From Octopus vulgaris (taxonomy: Eukaryota), in the NCBI GenBank assembly GCA_951406725.2, contig OX597825.1, positions 66,464,001-66,528,000 of the forward strand: a DNA stretch of 64,000 bases. The letters are read 5' to 3'. Position numbers and translations under genes: made by a program. A model generated the notes under the pieces. The model saw nothing but the letters and a program-made list of their open reading frames with translations, made no database searches and was not told where the DNA came from. Each line of letters begins with the position of its first letter. Positions within the stretch are counted from its first letter, which is position 1. This document shows positions 57,705 to 64,000 of this stretch, piece after piece.

Positions 57705-57955
57705 TTCTCGGGGAGATTCAGCGTGACACAGAGTGTGACAAGGGTGGCCCTTTCAAATGCAGGTATAACAGAAACAGGAAGAAAGAATAAGAGGAAGTAG
57801 TGGTGAAAGAGTACAGATGGGTTCACCCCTCCACCTGCCGGAGCCTCATGGAGCTTTAGGTGTTTTCGCTCAATAAACACTCACAACGTCTGGGAATCGA
57901 AACCGCGATCCTACGACCGCGAGTCTGTTACCCTAACCACTGGGCAATTGCGGTA
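57705..57955 (-). mobile_element. Chimeric SINE: family C head with family E body
   Basis: C head to ..ctttcttcctgtttc, then ccttgtcacactctgtgtcacgctgaatctccccgagaac as in 21145-21426. Confidence 0.7.
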
Positions 57956-58035
57956 CCACTGTATATATATATAAGCTTCTTACCACACAACTACTCTTGC
58001 GCATGTATATATATATATGTATATATATGTATATA

Positions 58036-58111
<76 letters not shown>

Positions 58112-58729
58112 TATATACACGTATATATAATTACAATGAAATCTGAACTTTGACACAAGCCTGCACATATTACGATGGAGGACAGCGTAAAACACCCATA
58201 AAGCTCCCATTTCCGTTTAAATTCACAGGCAACATATTTGGAGAAGCTGAAATAATAGTAAAGATATACAACGATAAATAAGGTAGGCTGATAACGAAGG
58301 AGGAGTCGGAGCCATATTAATTGATACGTGGGTTGTTCATTATGGTGATTCACTGTTAATTATACCTCATAATAATAATTCTGATGTCATATTTTAGTGG
58401 TGTGGTGATAACGATGTATCTGTTGAAGGATTTTAATGTGGGATGACACATTAAGTAATATTAATGTTTATTAACATGTGGTAATAAAACGTCAGTCTTC
58501 CCTGATTAACTTCTTGTATACTATTTAACATATAGCGAATTCGTACATCAGATTTGCATGTGTACCTTAACACACTCACGCTCGAGCCGCACTTACACAC
58601 ACAAACATGCACGTACTTACACGAACTTACACGAACTTACACTCACAGGCACACGTATATAAAGAGAGGGAGCCAAACATCCATCTATATCTATGTATAT
58701 ATATATGTGCATACATGAACGTATATATA

Positions 58730-58891
58730 CAGGGTTGGTCAAAAATCTACCGACAGTAAATCAAATTTTTATGAATAATCTCTGTAGTTCTATATTGATT
58801 CGAATGGAAAATGTGTCGCTCAAGGAGAACTTCAGTTTGAACAATATTAATTGGTTTTGATTTACTGTCAGGCAACTTTTGGTCAACCCTG
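58730..58891. mobile_element. Tc1/mariner-type MITE with ~37-bp TIRs
   Basis: CAGGGTTGGTCAAAAATCTACCGACAGTAAATCAAA ... TTTGATTTACTGTCAGGCAACTTTTGGTCAACCCTG. Confidence 0.75.
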
Positions 58892-58907
58892 TGTGTGTGT
58901 GTATATA

Positions 58908-58992
<85 letters not shown>

Positions 58993-59155
58993 GTTATCGC
59001 CATACTAATATGGCATTCTTATAAAAATAAGAATAAAGCTGTCCGCTTATTAGCTCCATGAGGCCATCGCCTTAAGTTAGCTATTTGATACACAAACTGT
59101 ATCCATATAACCTTCAAACAAGGGAGGTCAGTCGCTCCACACTACTTGACCGGCA

Positions 59156-59197
59156 GCTACAGACGCGTTTCGGGGTATTGCCCCTTTTCAATGTAGC
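59156..59197 (-). ncRNA. Hammerhead fold with variant core (copy 1)
   Basis: gctaca-TTGAAAA-ggggcaatacccc-GAAAC-gc-GTC-tgtagc. Confidence 0.7.
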
Positions 59198-59518
59198 GTA
59201 GCCAGACCAGTAGGTATCGCTTCTGACAATCTCTGTTCGAAGGTTTTATTTACCTAGCTTCGGTGGAATACATCCACTTGTTTTCAATAATAGAAATATT
59301 AAAATTACTAAGTCTCTCTAAAAGAGAACAACGGCAGCGTTTCCGGAAAATAATAGTTATCGCCATACTAATATGGCATTCTTATAAAAATAAGAATAAA
59401 GCTGTCCGCTTATTAGCTCCATGAGGCCATCGCCTTAAGTTAGCTATTTGATACACAAACTGTATCCATATAACCTTCGAACAAGGGAGGTCAGTCGCTC
59501 CACACTACTTGACCGGCA

Positions 59519-59560
59519 GCTACAGACGCGTTTCGGGGTATTGCCCCTTTTCAATGTAGC
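59519..59560 (-). ncRNA. Hammerhead fold with variant core (copy 2)
   Basis: Identical to 59156-59197, offset by 363 nt. Confidence 0.7.
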
Positions 59561-59703
59561 GTAGCCAGACCAGTAGCTAATAAGCGGACAGCTTTATTCT
59601 TATTTTTATAAGAATGCCATATTAGTATGGCGATAACTATTATTTTCCGGAAACGCTGCCGTTGTTCTCTTTTAGAGAGACTTAGTAATTTTAATATTTC
59701 TAT

Positions 59704-59779
<76 letters not shown>

Positions 59780-60196
59780 ATTCATTTATGTGTATATATA
59801 TATACGTAAATGTCGAACGAGTTAAATGAGTACTCAACACCGGTATGGTCGACATAATTTCTTTATTTGTGAATTAAGGATATCATTGGTTTCATGCTAA
59901 GAAAAGTAGGGAAATATCCTAGTGTCTTAACAATTTTTGAAGCCGATCTCATGGGAAAAACGTGTTCACCTTCATTTTGAAAAGCCTTTGTATATGTTGT
60001 ATATACGCTATTCCATGACTTTGTGTTGTCGAACCAGTTCGCTAATTACTCAAAAAGTAAAGAGGAGGATTAGATTTTGAAGCAAATAAAGTTTTGTCAA
60101 AAAATGAAATATTAAACCCAAGTCAACTGCTTAAGATTGGTCTCAATTAATCTGCAAGACCCGGAATATATGTATGTATGTATGTATGTATGTATA

Positions 60197-60271
<75 letters not shown>

Positions 60272-60408
60272 TAAATTAGAGATAAAATCACTATTAGGCA
60301 ACTCAAACAGTGATAGACGTAAACCAAAACGTAAAAAACAAATATAATTAATATAATATATAATATATATATAAAATATAAAATTTAAAATTTAAGTTAT
60401 TAAAATTT

Positions 60409-60465
<57 letters not shown>

Positions 60466-60499
60466 TAAATATGACCTTTTATGACCTATTGTGATCGAT

Positions 60500-60866
<367 letters not shown>

Positions 60867-61147
60867 GTAAATTAGCATATGATAACGTATATTTAGATGT
60901 AGCAATCTTAACTTAGTAAGTATAACACAACCTTAATCTTCATAATTGCAATGCAATCGTATTAATATTTTTCCCCGTACGGCTTTTGAGTAAACAAGTC
61001 CTTAATATTCTTCTACTTCATTATTTCAAATTCCTTCTTCTCCCCCTATATTTTTGATCACCGACTACATAAGCTTTTATTATAAGCTTTACAAGCCTAT
61101 TTTTTTTTATTATACAGTTCTACATTTAAGAGATGAGGAAATATGTA

Positions 61148-61882
<735 letters not shown>

Positions 61883-62046
61883 CTAATTTTTTTTACGATA
61901 AACATTTTTCATTTTTTATGATTTAAAAAAAAATACCAATTATTGTTTTTAATGGTTAGATTTAATTTACATTAGGTACCGCTTTCTCACTGAAAATTTC
62001 TCTAACTAACTCGCCCTATGCTTCATATATGGAGTTATAATTAACC

Positions 62047-62170
62047 AATCTATACTAATCTATAAAGAGAAAGTTATCGATATTTCTATATCCATATCAT
62101 CTCCTAAGCATTCAACCGTTAGTTATGGTTCAATAATTGACATGACTCCCACCACTACTATACAGGGATA
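62047..62170 (+). mobile_element. Helitron-like 5' terminus fragment
   Basis: a|TCTATACTAATCTATAAAGAGAAAGTT resembles Lep1-type non-autonomous Helitron ends. Confidence 0.35.
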
Positions 62171-62237
62171 GAAACAAATAGAAATGGAACTCATAGGTCA
62201 AACTGCTCTGCTCTTTCTTTTAAGCTCTTATCTTTTC

Positions 62238-62311
62238 TGCACTGATGAGTACTTTGATATTTGCAAATTCTGAACATGAATTTATATCTATGTACGAAAC
62301 GGTCGTATGCA
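62238..62311 (+). ncRNA. Type I hammerhead ribozyme, intact catalytic core
   Basis: tgca-CTGATGA-gtac...gtac-GAAAC-ggtc-GTA-tgca; stems I, II and a short stem III all pair. Confidence 0.75.
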
Positions 62312-62384
62312 TGAATAAACTTCTTACAACTTTTTAATATCTTATCTAGATTTGTAGAACTTGATTCTATAACTTAATCGTACA

Positions 62385-62446
<62 letters not shown>

Positions 62447-62449
<3 letters not shown>

Positions 62450-62853
62450 ATACAGTGTACATTTAAACACATGGGGAATCCACTCATAGGATTCAACACA
62501 CTAGAAAGAACAGCTAGGTTCTATAACCACAAAATTAGGGATAAAATTCGACAGGAACGAAATGAAAAATAAAAACATTTTACCATCTAGTTTCCTGGAC
62601 CAATTGGTTTCTGATTTTAATTTAGCGAGTAAATGTATAACATATACTCGCCAGGTGAAATCGTCTTCAGCAGGAACACCTAGGGTTAAACGTATACACA
62701 AGAGGCGATCAAACTACGTGCCCCTTGTTTATACATCCTAACGTTTTCAAAATCTACTGCGCAGCCGCAGTCCTTTGCCAGCAAGCTGTTCTTTCTAGCG
62801 TGTTGAATCCTATGAATGGATTCCTCACGTGTTTAAATATACACTGTATCTTA
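62447..62853 (-). mobile_element. Penelope-like fragment bounded by ~70-bp inverted repeats, containing a hammerhead
   Basis: 62447-62518 is the reverse complement of 62785-62853; abuts (TA)n. Confidence 0.7.
62592..62676 (-). ncRNA. Type I hammerhead ribozyme with palindromic stem III
   Basis: ttcctg-CTGAAGA-cgattt..tggcgagta/tactcgcta..aaatca-GAAAC-caattg-GTC-caggaa; the 10.1/11.1 pair is a C.A mismatch. Confidence 0.8.
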
Positions 62854-63014
62854 TGACTAATACGTAGTCTTGTGGACTAAATTTCTACACGTTAGACTAT
62901 TGGAAATGTAAATTTTAATTAATTTCCATTTCCCTTTGATATGATTAAATCTCTCTCTCTCTCTTTCTCTCTCTCTCTTTATATATATATATATTTATTT
63001 ATTCATTTATTTTA

Positions 63015-63160
63015 TTTTATCTAGTTTCAGCTCACGAGCTGTGGCCATGCTGGGACACCGCCATTTGGTGTTGCTACATGATTTTACTTCACTAAATGCT
63101 TTTTAGCAATTGCCATTTGGTGCATGAGAGAGTTAGATGCAGCTGTCCTCCTGAAATTCT
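63015..63160 (-). mobile_element. Retroelement 3' end sharing its tail with SINE family B
   Basis: GGCGGTGTCCCAGCATGGCCACAGCTCGTGAGCTGAAACTAGATAAAA versus B tail GGCGGTGCTCCAGCATGGCCGCAGTCAAATGACTGAAACAAGTAAAA; upstream sequence unrelated to B. Confidence 0.6.
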
Positions 63161-63805
63161 TTCCTTTAACACCTTAAATGTAAAATCTCTACCCTGAACA
63201 CGGAGGCCTGTTTCATCCTACAATGGAATCAATCTACAAATATTATCTCGGAGCACCGAGCCCTCAGAAATAACAGTTGGATTTATAATATTTTTATTCC
63301 ATCCCTTTAATTCTCTATATCATTTGTATTCTGTGTCAGTCGGACCCTTTTGTATATATACATATGTACATTTTTTTGTATTTCATGTATTTAGTATACT
63401 TTATATACTGACCTGTCTAACTTGCTTATCCATACATTTATTTATATGTTTGCGCGCGCGCGTGTATGGTGTGTTACACGAATTTATGGAAAAGTGTCCA
63501 TAGAAACTCTACAAATAAGTTAAAAATAGAGAAAAGATGTTAAAATTTGAAAGAATTTTAATATATGCATATGATCGTTTCGAAAAGCGATATTAACATG
63601 TAAATAACATGGTGGAATAATTAAAATTAATCTGATTAAATTGAATTAATTACATATCACTGTTCTACTCAGTGTAAGAAGTATACAACAAACGTTGTTA
63701 TTATTACAAGAGACTTGACGAAGGAAATATCAGATATGCTACCCAAAACTTGCTAACCCCGTGTCAAAATTTGAAACCATTATTATTATTATTATTATTA
63801 TTATT

Positions 63806-64000
63806 GAGTGAGAGAGCAGTTCATGCCATCAACGTGACACTGGGGTAAAATATACGAAGCCCAATATACCCATCATGACTACCCGTCTGATAAAGGTACA
63901 CCAGGCACATGCATCACAACCATATGTGCGCGACATGGTGATCTCATATCAAGAAAAACAGCACATGACCTTGCAGGTGGGGCCCAGTTAGAATCTTCTT
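63806..64000 (-). mobile_element. Family F copy (runs off window)
   Basis: Same terminus after (TTA)n. Confidence 0.8.

Larger units (their letters stand above)
58991..59705 (-). mobile_element. Penelope-like pseudo-LTR / retrozyme-like element: 363-bp tandem repeat plus inverted segment, in (TA)n
   Basis: Unit 58993-59355 repeats almost perfectly at 59356-59575; 59575-59705 inverts ~59288-59418. Each unit carries a hammerhead fold. Confidence 0.8.

Overview
AT-rich, microsatellite-saturated eukaryotic DNA, almost certainly from an Octopus genome. Nearly all listed six-frame ORFs are artefacts of (TA)n, (TATG)n, (CTAT)n and (ATT)n repeats. One host gene is recognisable on the minus strand: a small cardioactive peptide (SCP/oct-SCPRP) neuropeptide precursor. 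It has a TATA-box promoter near 44,400, coding exon 1 at 44275-44210 (signal peptide MFCKHLSFVAITICFLLVLAKT), a ~41-kb first intron, and a 60-nt phase-0/0 exon 2 at 3159-3100 (ENEIQQKNIKFDQRTWRNMR); the peptide-coding exon should lie left of the window. The rest is mobile-element debris: at least five tRNA-headed SINE families, a (TAA)n-targeting non-coding retroelement, Penelope-like fragments (a GIY-YIG remnant, inverted pseudo-LTRs, many minimal hammerhead ribozyme folds), maT/mariner remnants and MITEs, an RTE 3' end, Helentron/Helitron-type elements, and an orphan 5.8S rRNA copy fused to a SINE head. All calls come from manual reading and recalled family motifs; no database searches were run, and repeat boundaries are approximate.
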